From contig NC_043001.1 in the NCBI RefSeq assembly GCF_006345805.1, positions 46,128,001 to 46,192,000 of the forward strand: a DNA stretch of 64,000 nucleotides. Reading direction: 5' to 3'. The notes beneath the pieces were generated by a model. It made no database searches. It was not told where the DNA came from and saw only the letters and a list, made by a program, of their open reading frames with translations. This DNA is from Octopus sinensis. Lineage: Eukaryota. Made by a program: the position numbers and the translations under genes. Below, piece after piece: positions 1 through 48,054 of the stretch; position 1 is the first letter of the stretch; the number at the start of each line of letters is the position of its first letter.

Positions 1-751
1 ATTTCCGTAAAAAACTTTTATTTTTTTACATAAGTAATGAGAGCGAAAGAGACTAAGAGGAAGCGATTTTATGACGAGAAGGTTTCTCTTTGAAGTCGGC
101 CTGTGTGTGTTTGATGGGGTGTGGGAGACAGACAGTATGTTGTGTAAGTGAAGTGCTTCTGTTAGTGTGTGCGAAGAGACAGAGGGAGTAATGTGTGAAA
201 GAGAGAGATAACTGATTTTTTACTCGGTGTATGTGTATATGTATGTATGCATGTATGTGTGTGTGCGTGTATGTATCTATGTATGTGTGTGTGTGTAAGT
301 ATGTGTGTGTGTATGTATGTATGTATGGCCGATTCATCGTAATTTTTTACTCGGTGTATGTGTATATGTATGTCTGCATGTATGTGTGTGTGTGTGTATG
401 TATCTATGTGTGTGTGTGTGTAAGTATGTGTGTGTGTATGTATGTATGTATGATGTATGTATGTGTGTGTGTGTATGTATCTATGTATGTGTGTGTGTGT
501 ATGTATGTATGTATGTATGTATGGCCGATTCATCGTAATTTTTTACTCGGTGTATGTGTATATGTATGTCTGTCTCTTCGCACACACTAACAGAAGCACT
601 TCACTTACACAACATACTGTCTGTCTCCCACACCCCATCAGACACACACAGGCCGACTTCAAAGAGAAACCTTCTCGTCATAAAATCGCTTCCTCTTAGT
701 CTCTTTCGCTCTCATTACTTATGTAAAAAAATAAAAGTTTTTTACGGAAAT
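1..751. mobile_element. Foldback/long-TIR non-autonomous element (arms 1-183 and 569-751; left end outside window)
   Basis: 1-183 is the reverse complement of 569-751, with one mismatch seen (pos 111). The interior is (GT/GTAT)n with a triplicated ttttttactcggtgtatgtgtatatgtatg motif. Confidence 0.75.
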
Positions 752-2699
752 CGACGGAAATCTGTGCTACTACAACCGAAACTATGCCTATTTATGTCAA
801 CTAGTGTTAGATGTGAAGATTGTGTATATTATTAGATACGCTGGGTACTACTGTCAGGTTTGCAGTAACAGATTCGATTAATGAATGACTGTTTTTGATG
901 CCAAAGGTGAAGCACAGACAAACATTTCACGTAGATCTCTTCAGTGAAGAATATATGCTTATCTTTTTGCATTTCTCAGTTGATTCCTTTCAACACAGAC
1001 CATCACTAACTTACAATAACTATCTGTTATTATTATCCCACTAAATTCCTTACAAACGACAGTGTTTTGACAAAGCATAATGTGATCTTTGTTCACGAAA
1101 AATAGATAAAGGACAATTATATAGACAAGTATTATGTTACAAGTAAAGCTGTCCAGACTACAATTGTCTGTTTTGGAATTGTTTCTATGGCTGTATGTCC
1201 TTCCTAATGCCAACCACTTTACAGAGTGTGCTGGGTGCTTTTTACATGCCACCAGCACAGGTACATTTACATTGCACCAACATGAGTGCATTTTACGTGG
1301 CTCCAGCACGAGTTCATGTCACATGTCACTGGCATCTGCAAATGACATGCCTGTATGGAAAGCCACAATTTTACTTAGCCTGATGTGTCTTCTCAAGAAA
1401 TGAAAATAAAGTGGAATAGTTATATACTCATTATAATTAACCCAATAAACTACAAGCCCTTATTGTATGAAGCTGTGGAGGGTTCATTAGCAGTATTAAT
1501 GCAGGTCTTGTTGGAGATATTCATATTATGTACTCAATGCAAACAAATAGCAGAGGAAACATTTTGTGGGATTTTTGGAACAGAAACAGGGAGCCAAGAG
1601 TTTAGATGTCAAAGATCCATAGGAGTGATTAACAGAAGAAGTCCATGGGCTTCTCAGATGGCTTGACAGATGTAACAATCAGTTTCTGTTACATGATGTT
1701 CCAATATGAGATCTTAACATCTTTTTTTATGGAACAATAGGGTATGATTGAGGGAGATTTCACTGCTAAACTTAAATGAGTGGGATAATTGAGGTGCAGT
1801 GAAATAGCTTTCAAAGTCTACCATACCACTGTACACAAAGATAAACATACTATATGATCTAATTAGTGTTGGGGATGAATGTAGTAACAGTATAGTTACT
1901 AGAGTAATGAAAGTAGACTGTATGGAAAATATTCAAGGATTGGCTATTGTTGTTTAGTTCTAGGTCAGCCCTCTTTGAGCTGATCAATCAAAAGTATTCT
2001 AGTTGTGACCAGTCTGTTTGATTTGTGGTTACCAGAAAGGCCAAAAAGCCATAACACCACCACACAAAAAAAACAAACAAATGGAGGCAAAACCTCAAAC
2101 AGAACTTAAAATTGTCACCCATCAGCACATGCACTGGAACAAGACAAATAACAATAAAAACAGCAAACCCTCAGCCATCATCACAACAACCAAACCAGCC
2201 ACATTACCTCCTACAACAACAACAACAGCAACATGAAGACACTCAGGTACAACAAAATCATCAAAAGAAAAAAATAACAATAGCAACAAAATCAATGAAC
2301 ACAATGAAACATTTTAAACAAAATCAATGGTGAGTTGGTGGACAACTTGTGAGAAAGAAAACATTATAAAGACAAAATAACAATAACTTCATCCTCAAAA
2401 TACCTAAATACATATTAAGTGACATATATCATATTTTCTTGGACAATTTCTCAAGGCGTCTTGAAATTTTTAGCAAAACTGTAAATAAGACATTATTACA
2501 AGGGCCTTTTAAGGAAAAGAATACAGATTACCCACCATTTACAATGACAAAAGTCAGTAACTTATCCCTCTATTTTCTCTAATAGATAAGTGTCACTCAG
2601 AGTAGAATGTGTAAATGTACATAGTCTGGGGTTAGCATGAAAGCAAGATCACTAGTCCAACAACCTCAGATAACTTGGTCTAGATGTGGTAGCCATTAT

Positions 2700-4200
2700 G
2701 AAAACCACAATTTCTGGAATTCAAGCATCCAGTCCCAGTTTTGAAAATTAAAAGACATACCCATCATGTGGTCTGATGGAATCAGGCAGTGGAACAGCAG
2801 GGTTTTTCTGGAAACAATTGTGTTTAGCAGTACAGATACTCTTCCTGGATCTGGGATGTATGTCAGTGGTACTGGATATAAATGACTATAAAAGCAATGC
2901 TTTTAGACAAGTGGTCATCTATACACCCACTGGGGTTGGGCAGCCAGACTTCTTTAGATATGTAGAAACCTTCCAAGAAAGGTTCTGCTCTTTTAGTACT
3001 TGTGGTGGATTGGAACTGTATTTTAGATGCACTGTGGGATTATGTGAGATTAACCTATAAAAAGGGATGCAAAAACCTTGAAAATCTGCTTAGAAGTTTC
3101 CAACTGGTCAATTGAATTTCCTTAATGTGCCATTGGGAATTTGGAGAAACCACAATGGGCCTTCCAGATTCTGCTTAGAATATTCATTAAGCCAACTGAC
3201 AGAGATAACACTGGGCGTCCACAATTTAAACTGTTTAGCTACACAGGCTGCAAATTTGTGATTCGAACACTTGACTTAGATAGGAGTCATAGACAGGAAC
3301 CCTGCTACTGGAAGCTGAATGCATCTCTCCCAATGCACAAAGATCACAGAAACTGAAAGAAGGAACTAATTAATTTACATTTGATAAGGACATGGATCAA
3401 CAACAGATGGTGGGGTACCCTGAAGAGGGCAATTAAATGTGAATTAATAGCTTTTAAATGAAGTACTAATGATAGAGAGAAATAGATAAGATGGGGAGCT
3501 AGATAATAAACCAGAAGAGGCAATCAGAAATGCTTCATAGCCAATGTGCCAGTAGCAAGAATGACTCTTGATTACTTCTTCAATGTGAAACATGAAGGTT
3601 GCATTTTTAGAGGTAAGGTTCATGCATTAAAGTAAGATGGAATGGAAGCTGTTTGATGGAAATGAGTGGTGGAAGTGGGACATGGCAATAAAGCAACAAT
3701 TCAGTCAGTGATGGATCAGGATGGGATTGCCCTTCTTGGTTCCAAGGGATTTGTGTGATATTCCAGCAGTACTTTGCTTGTCTGTTTAGAGTAAGTGATA
3801 GATCGGAGACAGTTGTGGATATTAGTGCTTCCTTTGGCTCTCAGAAAAAAACGTAAGGTACTGTAAAAGACCAATAAGAGCAACTGAGATATGGGAGGTA
3901 CTAAGTGGTTGCACAAAGAACAAATTGCCCAGTTTGGATAGTCTGTCGAATGAGTTTTACAGTTATATGCCAGACTTGTTTGGCACCTTGGCAAATATCT
4001 TATATAATTGGAAACTGATGGAAGAATTATGAGTTCTGGGAGTCAGAGCATGTTAACTCTGTTGAGAAAGGATGCTGACTAACAGGCCACTTTTGCCAAA
4101 AGGTGGATGACTGTGGCAAGAATGCTTAGGGTGAATGGACTTACTCTAAGCATGTACTTTGTAGATAGCAGAACAACAGTTAGACAGGGGCTTATACCTT
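2700..4200 (+). mobile_element. Degenerate Tx1/L1-clade LINE ORF2 remnant (APE endonuclease + RT N-terminus)
   Basis: Broken frames give LVLVVDWNCILD, YWKLNASL and PIRATEIWEVL..KNKLPSLDSLSNEFY..DLFG; many stops and frameshifts. Confidence 0.65.
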
Positions 4201-4439
4201 TGGTGGTCAGAGTGATCCTGGATATGTGGGGTTCTATGAGTGGCTCAAGTTGGTGATTTTCCTGTATCAAGAGGGCTGCATCATAGATGTGCTCTGATAT
4301 ATTGTCTACTATGTATACTCTTCATCTCATTTCCCCCTCTTATCTCTATCTTTCCCTCATCTTTTATGTAAAACTCCATACAAATTGTAAACTGTCCTTG
4401 TAATGCCTCTTTCATCTGATGCCCCAGTAGCAAATAAAA

Positions 4440-4484
4440 TTATCATCATCATCATTATCATAATCATTATCATTATCATTATTA

Positions 4485-4530
<46 letters not shown>

Positions 4531-4608
4531 GTTCTGTAAAGATAATTGCAGCATCTTTAGTTGTAATAGTGGTGGTTGGGTGAAGTTTAAATACATAGGA
4601 AGCACAAT

Positions 4609-4646
<38 letters not shown>

Positions 4647-4663
4647 ATGTGTGTGTGTGTGTG

Positions 4664-4704
<41 letters not shown>

Positions 4705-4880
4705 CATATATATATATATACACACACAAACACACACACTCACACACATGTATGCATTCTTTCATATACATATATATTTGTGTGTGTGTGTAGATATATA
4801 TATATATATATATACACTTACACACATACATATATATGTACATAAATAAATACATACATACATACACACACATGCACATA
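4440..4880. repeat. Compound microsatellite (ATT)n, (TA)n, (GT)n, (CA)n
   Basis: Direct reading; explains the poly-I and HT/VC ORFs in the track. Confidence 0.95.
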
Positions 4881-5429
4881 CATACACATATTGAAATATA
4901 TAAAACATGCAATCACATAGATTCAAAATCCATTAAAATTTTAGAGAACACTTTAATATTTCCTATTCTGTAGTTGTTTTTGTTGTTGATAATCATCTTG
5001 TTAAAAAAAAACACATCTGCAATTGCTATCAGTTGTTTGTTGTACAAAATTACTTGCATTTTGTACTTATCTGTAGCACAACTGGCCTGATAACAGGATG
5101 TGCTTCCTGTATATTTAGCATTGCTTTTAGTGTTAATATATTCTGCATTTCTTTATGTTGAATGTCATACGTTGAGGGGTTATCTCCTGTTGATTTCTCT
5201 GTATAATGCCTTTTTAATTTCTGCTGGAAGCTGTTTCTTCATTTAACCCCATTGTGAACATATTTCTAATGAAATACACTACCATGCATTTTAATTAAAA
5301 TTGAAAATAATCAAGAATTGGAAGAACTCAGTAAAAATAACTAAATTTTGCCATTATTAATTAAAACTGATTTTTAGAACATAACTTAATGAAGTTTTCC
5401 TACATAAGATTATGACGAAAAGCCTTGAT

Positions 5430-5859
5430 TTAACCCTTTGGCTTTAAGATTACATTATCAAATGTAATGCTTACTTATTCACATCATTTCGAATTAATCC
5501 TACATTATCTTGTAGCTTTGAGATATTGATGATGTGACTATTTATTTTTAGAATAACATTATAGAGTAGGTGTGAAATGCTGGATCTGGCCAGTTCAAAC
5601 ATAAAACAGATAGACTATTTGGACTGGATACGGTCAGTTTAACATTCAGATTTCTTTGTGAAATGTAATGCTTATTTATTCACATTGTTTTAAATTAATC
5701 ATGCATTCTCTCAAAGCTTCAAGATTTTGATGATGTGCTTGTATATTTTTAGTATGATATTGTAAAGTAAATGATGAGAGAGGACAGACTTGGCCAGTTT
5801 GAACATAAAATATAGAATATATCTGCTGGATATGGCCAGTTTAAATGCAAGAAGGTTAA
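5430..5859. mobile_element. TTAA-CCC..GGG-TTAA type (piggyBac-like) MITE, head-to-tail dimer
   Basis: ttaaccctttggc start and aaggttaa end; a ~210-bp body occurs twice. Related copies at ~35093-35507, 42074-42624 and 47010-47212. Confidence 0.6.
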
Positions 5860-5964
5860 ATGGTAAATGGTTAAGTATGAAGATTTTTAAAGGACTGGTT
5901 TTGTACGATCTTCTCACACTATACCACATCACTTGGGGATGTTAGCCCCCAACTTATGAACATA

Positions 5965-6538
5965 TTGGGTTGTCCGGAAAGTTCGTGCCGATTTATAGTA
6001 GCTTACCTTTTGGCTTATTTTAGAACATGGTTGAGTCCATAAAATAGGATTTGACAACACCTCCATTTAGAGCACAGTTTAAGCTATCTTTTCATGGAAG
6101 AAGGTTTATGTTCCTATAAACTGTGTTAATTCTGTAACCCTTTAAAATGGAAGATAAGAAAGTTCATTTTCGGCACTTGATGCTTTTCTTTTTCCGTAAA
6201 GGGGAAAATGCCTCACAAGCAACCAAAGAAATATGTGCAATTTATGGTCATGTTTATTTATCCAAAAAAACTGTACGGAAGTGATTCACAAGGTTCCGAG
6301 CTGGAGATTGTAGCCTTATTGATAAAGAGCAATCAGGTAGACCATCCACTACAGATGATGACCAAATCAAGTCATTAATTGAGAATAACCCATATTGCGC
6401 AACCCGAGAATTGGCAGAAAGCTTCAACCTATCAAAATCCGTCATTCATGAGCACCTGGTAAAGGTTGGGTAATGGCAAGTATTTAGTGACCTTTTTCTT
6501 TTCTTTAAAAATCGGCATGAACTTTCCGGACAACCCAA
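5965..6538 (+). mobile_element. Internally deleted mariner element retaining only the HTH DNA-binding region
   Basis: TA + ttgggttgtccggaaagttcgtgccgattt ... aaatcggcatgaactttccggacaacccaa + TA. MEDKKVHFRHLMLFFFRKG.. starts at 6147, with a TGA at the RKW tryptophan. Confidence 0.9.
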
Positions 6539-9500
6539 TAGTATGTCCATAGGAGTTTTCTTGGCTATAGTCTTAGATCAGGCTGCACAGTTTGCTAGCC
6601 TATGTGCAGAATGATTTTATGAGACACCACTTAAGTGGGTGGCTCTTGGCCCACAATGAGTTCATCTGACCTTTAACAGATTTTAATTTAAGTCTTGAAG
6701 GGTGTCCACACCTTCTTCACCTGACATGCCAGGTGAAGAGCCAGTTTAGTCCCTGACAACCCAACCATGAGACAAGTAGTATTGGGTTACATGGTACCAG
6801 TATCAGGATTTTCCTGATCTGACCTAGAATCAAAAGTAATCTCAGGTGTGTTGATATGAAATGGGTTAAAAATAATATATGTCTTTATTAGGATCAGACT
6901 GAGGCTAAATTTTATTCTAGGCACAGCACGGCAATGATGCCTCCAGACACTTCTGTTATTTAACTGAAAAAATCTTTAAAAATAAGTGCTGTATGTGAAA
7001 TACTATATTAAAAATTCAGTTTTCTGGAATATTTCATCAGTCAGACTCATATGCATATTAAAACTGATCTGCTTTTTAAAATTAATTAAGTAAGCAAATT
7101 ATTTACTTATAATTAGGACAACAGGAAAGTGTAAATTTTCAACACATTCTTTAATAAAAAAAAACTGTTATCATTTACCATTTACACCCTGGAAAAACTT
7201 TGTGGTACCTCTTTCCCTTGGCACCTTTGCATGTGCTTATATTATTTTCTACTCTAAGCACAAGGCCTGACATTTTTTTTTGGCGGGGAGAGAGGGCCCC
7301 AGTATACAACTGGTACTTAATTTATTGAACCCAAAAGGATGAAAGGCAAAGCTGACCTTGGCGGAATTTGAACTCAGAACATAAAGACAAACAAAACACC
7401 GCTAAGCATTTCGTCTGGCGTGCTAACGTTTGCATGTGTTTGTATTGTTTAAGGGTTAATCCAGAACTATTCCTTGTGCCTCACTCTGAAGAAGCTAATA
7501 CATTAAATTGGTCATGGAGACAGTTTTGGTGAAACAATACATACAACTGACCCTCCTATCTGTCAGTAGTGACATGGCATCAACTCATAAAGTCCAAGCC
7601 ATTTTATAGAGCTGGTTTTGTTTATTGCTACTGTCAAGCCCTAAGTTATCCCTTACTGAGTACATTTATGATCAAAGGCATTCCAACAATGCACATCCCA
7701 TCTTTTCTTTTTCAGGCATTGTGTACCTTGGATTACATTATCAAATGTGTCCATTTTAAGGTATATCTAACAGTCTTTCATTACCCATTAAACTCCTTTG
7801 TAGTAAAAGATGAGACTTAAGGCTTTTCAACTCTAACAAAGGCTAATTGTTGACGAAGTTATGTATTCTGAACAAAGCTATTGAGCAATAAAATAAAAAC
7901 AGTAAGACAACTGTAGAGTAGGAGAAACTTAGTTGTCCTGTTATGAGCAATCTCTTTTATGTTGGTGGTGTAGCATTGAATTTGATCCTGTGTTTTGCCA
8001 CATATGAATCTCAAACCACAATTCAATCACAGTTTGATCATGTACGCAAATGAGATTTTATCCAATGAACAGCTGTTGTTCATGTGATAGTTCGGTAGCC
8101 CATCTAGAACTTTCTGTGAGCAAAGCCTGTAAATACAGTCAATAAAGCTGCCAATTTCCCAGTGTCACAGACGTCAGAGCCAATTTCTGAGTGCCTTGGG
8201 TCAAGTTTCAATTACACCCTCTTTATAGCTGTTGTCACAGCTGCATATTTAATTGAGGATAATTGAAGAAGAAAACATGACATAACACCTGACTATTTAC
8301 TTGATATGTAAAAACCATCCCCATTGTTAAATTTCAAATAGACTCTTTCCTTGCATGTCATATTACGCCGTTTCATCTTACTGTTTCCATTAATTGCATT
8401 GCATGAACACCTTTCCTACTGATGTTACAAAATAACTTATGTTCCAACATAGAAAAAAAAAACAACCTTTGTTACAGTGGTATGATAAAATGCACCTGAC
8501 ATTGCTAAGTGGTTGGTGATATGAATGACATCCAACTGTAAAACAAAAATGTCAAAACCAAAAAACAACCTATGGTATATGCACCAATAACAAGGATGGT
8601 TAGTTTTCTCTGATGTTGTGCATGCCAGATGATAAAAGACTCTGCTGAGTAGCTTGTCACAGTAGGACCTACTCAACACAAGCCAACACAGAAAAACCAA
8701 CTGAAAAACGATGATGACAATGTTGATGATGATAATGAGTAGTAGTAGTTGGAGGAAGAGGAGAAGGATATTGTTTTAAAGAGGATTTAGCTGCTGTTTC
8801 TAAAAGGCTGAGCAATTACATCAAGTTGCCCTCAATGCTTGATAATGTTTGGTGATATGCTGGAAGTTGTGTTATAGTGAGGATGGTAATAACAGAGATC
8901 TGTCATGGGCAAACTGTGGCCCAGGGAACTTGCCTGAGGAAAAATTACCTTGAGTCTTTTTTTTTTAGCAGTGCAGACCCCCTGATGATGAGCCCCATAT
9001 CTTATTGGCTACACTTCTTGCAAAAGGTTGCCAATGCCTGGTATAAAGGCCAGACAGTGATGGTGTAATAGCATTATTGATGTTAAGATTAAGGTTAGGA
9101 TGGTGGCAGTGATTGGAATAAAGTTATGGTTGTGTCTTCTACTATAGTCTTGGATTGACCAAAGCCTTGTGAGTGGATTTAGCAGACAGAAATTGAAAGA
9201 AGCCTGTAATAGACACACACACACACCTGCGCGCACACGTGCATCACATGTGTCTGTATCTTTGTGTCAGTATTTGCCTCCCCCCCCTGCTTGTTTGGTT
9301 GTTTCGAATTAGTGGTGGTGTGGATGTCAGGAATAGTTGCAGCTGATATTTCTGTTAAAAATGTTATTGAGATTTAAGTATGAATGTGGTGACATGACAA
9401 AAAGAGGCAGTATTGGTGGTGAAGGTGGGTAATGATAGTGATAGTAGTGGAGGTAGGTATTATAGATAGTATGTAGTAGTGGTGGTAGGCATGGTGATGG

Positions 9501-9567
9501 TAGTGGTGGTAGTGGCAATCAAAGAATAACAACACCCTCACATCATGTGTTGTGGGGCTTTACTCAC

Positions 9568-43784
<34,217 letters not shown>

Positions 43785-44149
43785 CTTGCATATGTGATGG
43801 TGATGGCGGTGGAAGTGGTAGTAGTTGGTGGTGGTTGTCGTGAAGGTGATGGCAGCAGTGTTGGTAATAGTAGTAGTAGTAGTAGTAGAGGTTATGGAGG
43901 CAGAAGTAGGAGGAGGGGAGGGAGAGAGAGGGAGAGGGAGAAAGAAAAAGAGTGAGAGAAAAAGTATAAGTTACTCGTCATCATATTAAGGATAATAATT
44001 ATCATTGTAAACATCATCATCATTATCATAATTATGATAATAATCATTGTGTGTGCATGTGTGTGTGAAAGTGCTTGTGCCTTTAATAGCAAAGAGGGAG
44101 TATATATATCATCATCATGATGATGAGTATATATATCATATCATGGCGG

Positions 44150-44569
44150 CGACCTGCTGTGCTTTAGGAGACCTATTGAGTCAAGTACATCAACATCAAC
44201 ATCAAAATAAAAATCAAATGGAAATTGTAGTTATGATACCCGTACTGGTCGTATGTAAAAAGCACCATCTGAATGTGGCTGATGCCAGCGCCACCTGACT
44301 GGCGTCCGTGTTGGTGACACGTAAAAAGCACCAACCGATCGTGGCCATTTGCCAGCCTCGCCTGGCACCTGTGCAGGTGGCAAGTAAGAAGCACCCTCTA
44401 CACTCTCGGAGTGGTTGGTGTTAGGAAGGGCATCCAGCTGTAGAAACACTGCCAGATCAGACTGGAGCCTAGCGTAGCCTTCTGGCTTCTCAGACCTCAG
44501 TCGAACCGTCCAACCCATGCTAGCATGGAAAACGGACGTTAAACAATGATGATGATGATGATGATGATA

Positions 44570-44570
<1 letters not shown>
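44150..44570 (+). mobile_element. RTE 3'UTR fragment with (GAT)n tail
   Basis: taaaaagcacc units + ttaggaagggcatccagctgtagaaac ... ggacgttaaacaatgatgat. Confidence 0.8.
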
Positions 44571-44602
<32 letters not shown>

Positions 44603-44943
44603 AATATCACATGGTAAATAAATTTTTTATCTTTTTTCAAAAATACTTTGTACATGCAATGCGAAATTTACTGAAAACAAAAGAAAAATATCATTGAATA
44701 AGATCAAAATTTTTTTATGCAACATTCCTGTCACACACTTTACATTGACATTATTAACGGAGACATACAACATGAAATTGAAGATCTACCATAGCTAATG
44801 GGTGACAGAGATTGCTGGCTCTGTGTTGTGTGACAGATCTCAATTGTGGTCACTGGAAGAAGAAGGAAAAAAAGGGGGAAAAGAAGAAAGAGGAAAAAGA
44901 GGAGGAGAAGAAAAGATTGATAATGTATATGTATATACACATA

Positions 44944-45300
44944 GGCGCAGGAGTGGCTGTGTGGTAAGTAGCTTGCTAACCAACCACACGGTTGCGGGTT
45001 CAGTCCCACTGCGTGGCATCTTGGGCAAGTGTCTTCTGCTATAGCCCCGGGCCGACCAATGCCTTGTGAGTGGATTTGGTAGACGGAAACTGAAAGAAGC
45101 CTGTCGTATATATGTATATGTGTGTTTGTGTGTCTGTGTTTGTCCCCCTAGCATTGCTTGACAACCGATGCTGGTGTGTTTATGTCCCCGTCACTTAGCG
45201 GTTCGGCAAAAAGAGACCAATAGAATAAGTACTAAAAGGTGGTGCTCCAGCATGGCCGTAGTCAAATGACTGAAACAAGTAAAAGAGTAAAGAGTAAAGA
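44944..45300 (+). mobile_element. tRNA-derived SINE
   Basis: Head ggcgcaggagtggctgtgtggtaagtagc..ggttcagtccc; tail aaagagt repeats. Confidence 0.85.
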
Positions 45301-46146
45301 GTATATGTATTATAGGTATGTATATGTGTGTGTGTACATATATGCATACATACATACATACATACATACATACATACACATGCACCTCTGCATATACATA
45401 CACATACATATGTGTTGTGTGTGTTGATTGATTGACTGTAAAATTGAAACCAACTACAAATGGATAACTTATCAGGAAAGACAAAAATAAAAAAAAATAA
45501 TAAATAAAACTTGTGTTGTGTTACCTTGGTAACAACATATACAAGTATGGTGTTGCTAATAGCATAGTTCCTGGTTGGGTGGATGAGGTGGGATGAAACG
45601 GGTTTTAGCTGTCATTGTTGCATAACCCCAGGGCAACCCTGATCAAGCAAGCCTATCAGTAAAATCATTCCAGCTATAACCTATTTCTTTACTACCCACA
45701 GGGGGCTAAACACAGAGGGGACAAACAAGGACAGACAAACGGATTAAGTCGATTATATCGACCCCAGTGCATAACTGGTACTTAATTTATCGACCCTGAA
45801 AGGATGAAAGGCAAAGTTGACCTTGGCAGAATAGCTATAACCAACCTGTCTTTGTATATCAGGAATAACATTATCCAATCATTTCTTCTCTTTTTTTTTT
45901 AAGGCAGTACTGAATGATTTGAGGGAGATTTGGCTGCTGTGTTTAGTATTTCAAGCAAACTCCTTGATATCCTCTAGTTGGTTTGTTGATAATTTTGATA
46001 CTAACATGGAGAATGTGGTTGGTTGATTTAATTGAGAGGATTCCCCAATTAAATAAATTAGTAGCTTGCATCCTATCATCACCACACTGTTCTGTCTCTG
46101 ACCAATAAAATGAACTTTGAACAGTTGAGTTTAACTAGCTCTAAGT

Positions 46147-46537
46147 TGGTTGGTTGGAAGCACTCCGTCGGTCACGACGACGAGAGTTCCGGTTGATCCG
46201 ATCAACGGAACAGCCTGCTCGTGAAATTAACGTGTAAGTGGCTGAGCTCTCCACAGACACGTGCACCCTTAACGTAGTTCTCGGGGATATTCAGCGTGAC
46301 ACAGAGAGTGACAAGGCCGGCCCCTTTGAAATACAGGTACAACAGAAACAGGAAGTAAGAGTGAGAGAAAGTTGTGGTGAAAGAGTACAGCAGGGATCAC
46401 CACCATCCCCTGCCAGAGCCTCGTGGAGCTTTTAGGTGTTTTCGCTCAATAAACACTCACAACGCCCGGTCTGGGAATCGAAACCGCAATCCTATGACCA
46501 CGAGTCCGCTGCCCTAACCACTGGGCCATTGCGCCTC
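46147..46537 (-). mobile_element. tRNA-derived SINE with (CCAA)n tail and 12-bp TSD
   Basis: ctagctctaagt at 46135-46146 and 46538-46549; head ggcgcaatggcccagtggttagggc..ggtttcgattccc; 3' part shared with the 42112 SINE. Confidence 0.88.
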
Positions 46538-46549
46538 CTAGCTCTAAGT

Positions 46550-47000
46550 AGGTACCATACTAAGGCACGTTCCACTTAGCTGTAAGCTGGTACCACAGTG
46601 TGGCATAGCTCCCCTTGTTGTATGTAGATAACATACCATGGTACAATCCACCTAGTTATATGTAGGTATATCTGTGACATTCATTATTCTAAACTCAAAG
46701 CAGGTACAACATTGATGCAATGATATACAGTCCACATGGTTGTAAGTAGATATCACAGTAAAATTACAGTCTGCCTAACTGTATATAGGTACCACACCAT
46801 AGTACAATCTACCTAGTTGTATAGTAGGCATATCAGTGACATTCATTATTCCAAACTCTAAGCAGATACAACGTTGATGCAATGATATACAGTTCACATG
46901 GCTGTAAGTAGGTATTACAGTAAAAATACAGTCTGCCTAGCTGTATATAGGTCCCAGGGTGAGGTACAGTACAGCAAATTATAAATAAGTACCAAAGTGA
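46550..47000. repeat. Old degenerate tandem repeat including a ~160-bp direct duplication
   Basis: 46635-46795 resembles 46797-46955; recurring gtaagtaggtaccacac motif. Confidence 0.7.
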
Positions 47001-47656
47001 GGTATACATAACCATTTAGCATTCAGATTACTCTGTCAAAAATAGTGCTTATTAATTCACATTGTTTTGAATTAATCATGTACTATTTTGTAGCTTGGAG
47101 ATTTTGATGTGGTTACTGTTAATTTTTAGAATGATATTGTAGGGTTGATTTGCACATAAAAGTTGTAGAATATTTTGGTTGAATATGACCGGTTGAAATG
47201 CTAAAAGGTTAAGAGAGTAGTGAAATATGGTGAAGTGTTATATAGTAGAGTGTAATGTAGGAGTGAATTAGTCTTATGTTGTGTAATGGTGTGGAAATAT
47301 ATATGGCTCTTAGTAGGTACAATGTATTGTGTTCTAAGAAGCCACCACACTAAGGTGCGTTTCATTTCCCTTTAAGTATTTACCACAATAAATTACAGTG
47401 AACTGGTTTCTAAGAAGGTACCACACTGAGGTATACTTCACCTAGTAGTACATAAGTATCACATTAAAGTATAATATACTTTGATCTAGGTAGCTGTAGC
47501 TGTGAAGTGCTATCTTCTAAGCTGTAAGTAGGTACCTCAGTGATATATAGACTATCTAGCTGTAAGTACCACAACACAATAGCAGACCATTCAGAGTACC
47601 CAGATTCTGCAGCTTCACCAAACGAGGTCCTCCAAATGATGAAGGAGGGTGTTCTT

Positions 47657-48054
47657 TTACTCTTTTACTCTTTCATTTGTTTCAGTCATTTGACTGTGGC
47701 CATACCGCCTTTAGCTGAGCAAATCGACCCCAGGACTTATTCTTTGTAAGCCCAGTACTTATTCTATCAGTCTCTTTTGCTGAACACAAATGAAGTTACG
47801 GGGATGTAAACACACCAGCATCGGTTGTTAAGCGATGTTGGGGGAACAAACACAGACACACAATCATACACACACACACACACATACATATATACGATGG
47901 GCTTCTTTTAGTTTCCGTCTACCAAATGCACTCACAAGCTTTGGTCGGCCCGAGGCTATAGTAGAAGACACTTGCCCAAGGTGCCACACAGTGGGACTGA
48001 ACCTGGAACCATGTGGTTCATAAGCAAGCTACTTACCACACAGCCACTCCTGCT
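47657..48054 (-). mobile_element. tRNA-derived SINE (inverted relative to the 44944 copy)
   Basis: Reverse complement of the same family. Confidence 0.85.

Noticed and set aside
6700-6830. PILLVSW-like peptide and small hairpins on the minus strand
   Set aside because: The frame does not fit phase 0 and it lies next to a TTAA-type MITE end; most likely chance or repeat sequence.
7716-7760. Plus-strand mini-exon-like segment (ttcttttcag|...aag|gtatat)
   Set aside because: Isolated, with no partner exons or recognisable product.
8437-8700. Possible next WD40 exon (87-aa minus ORF with an AG acceptor)
   Set aside because: No WD40 motif in any frame; the sequence resembles a decayed RTE-3'UTR copy (ggatg..ccaaccac..ggtgc..ttt).
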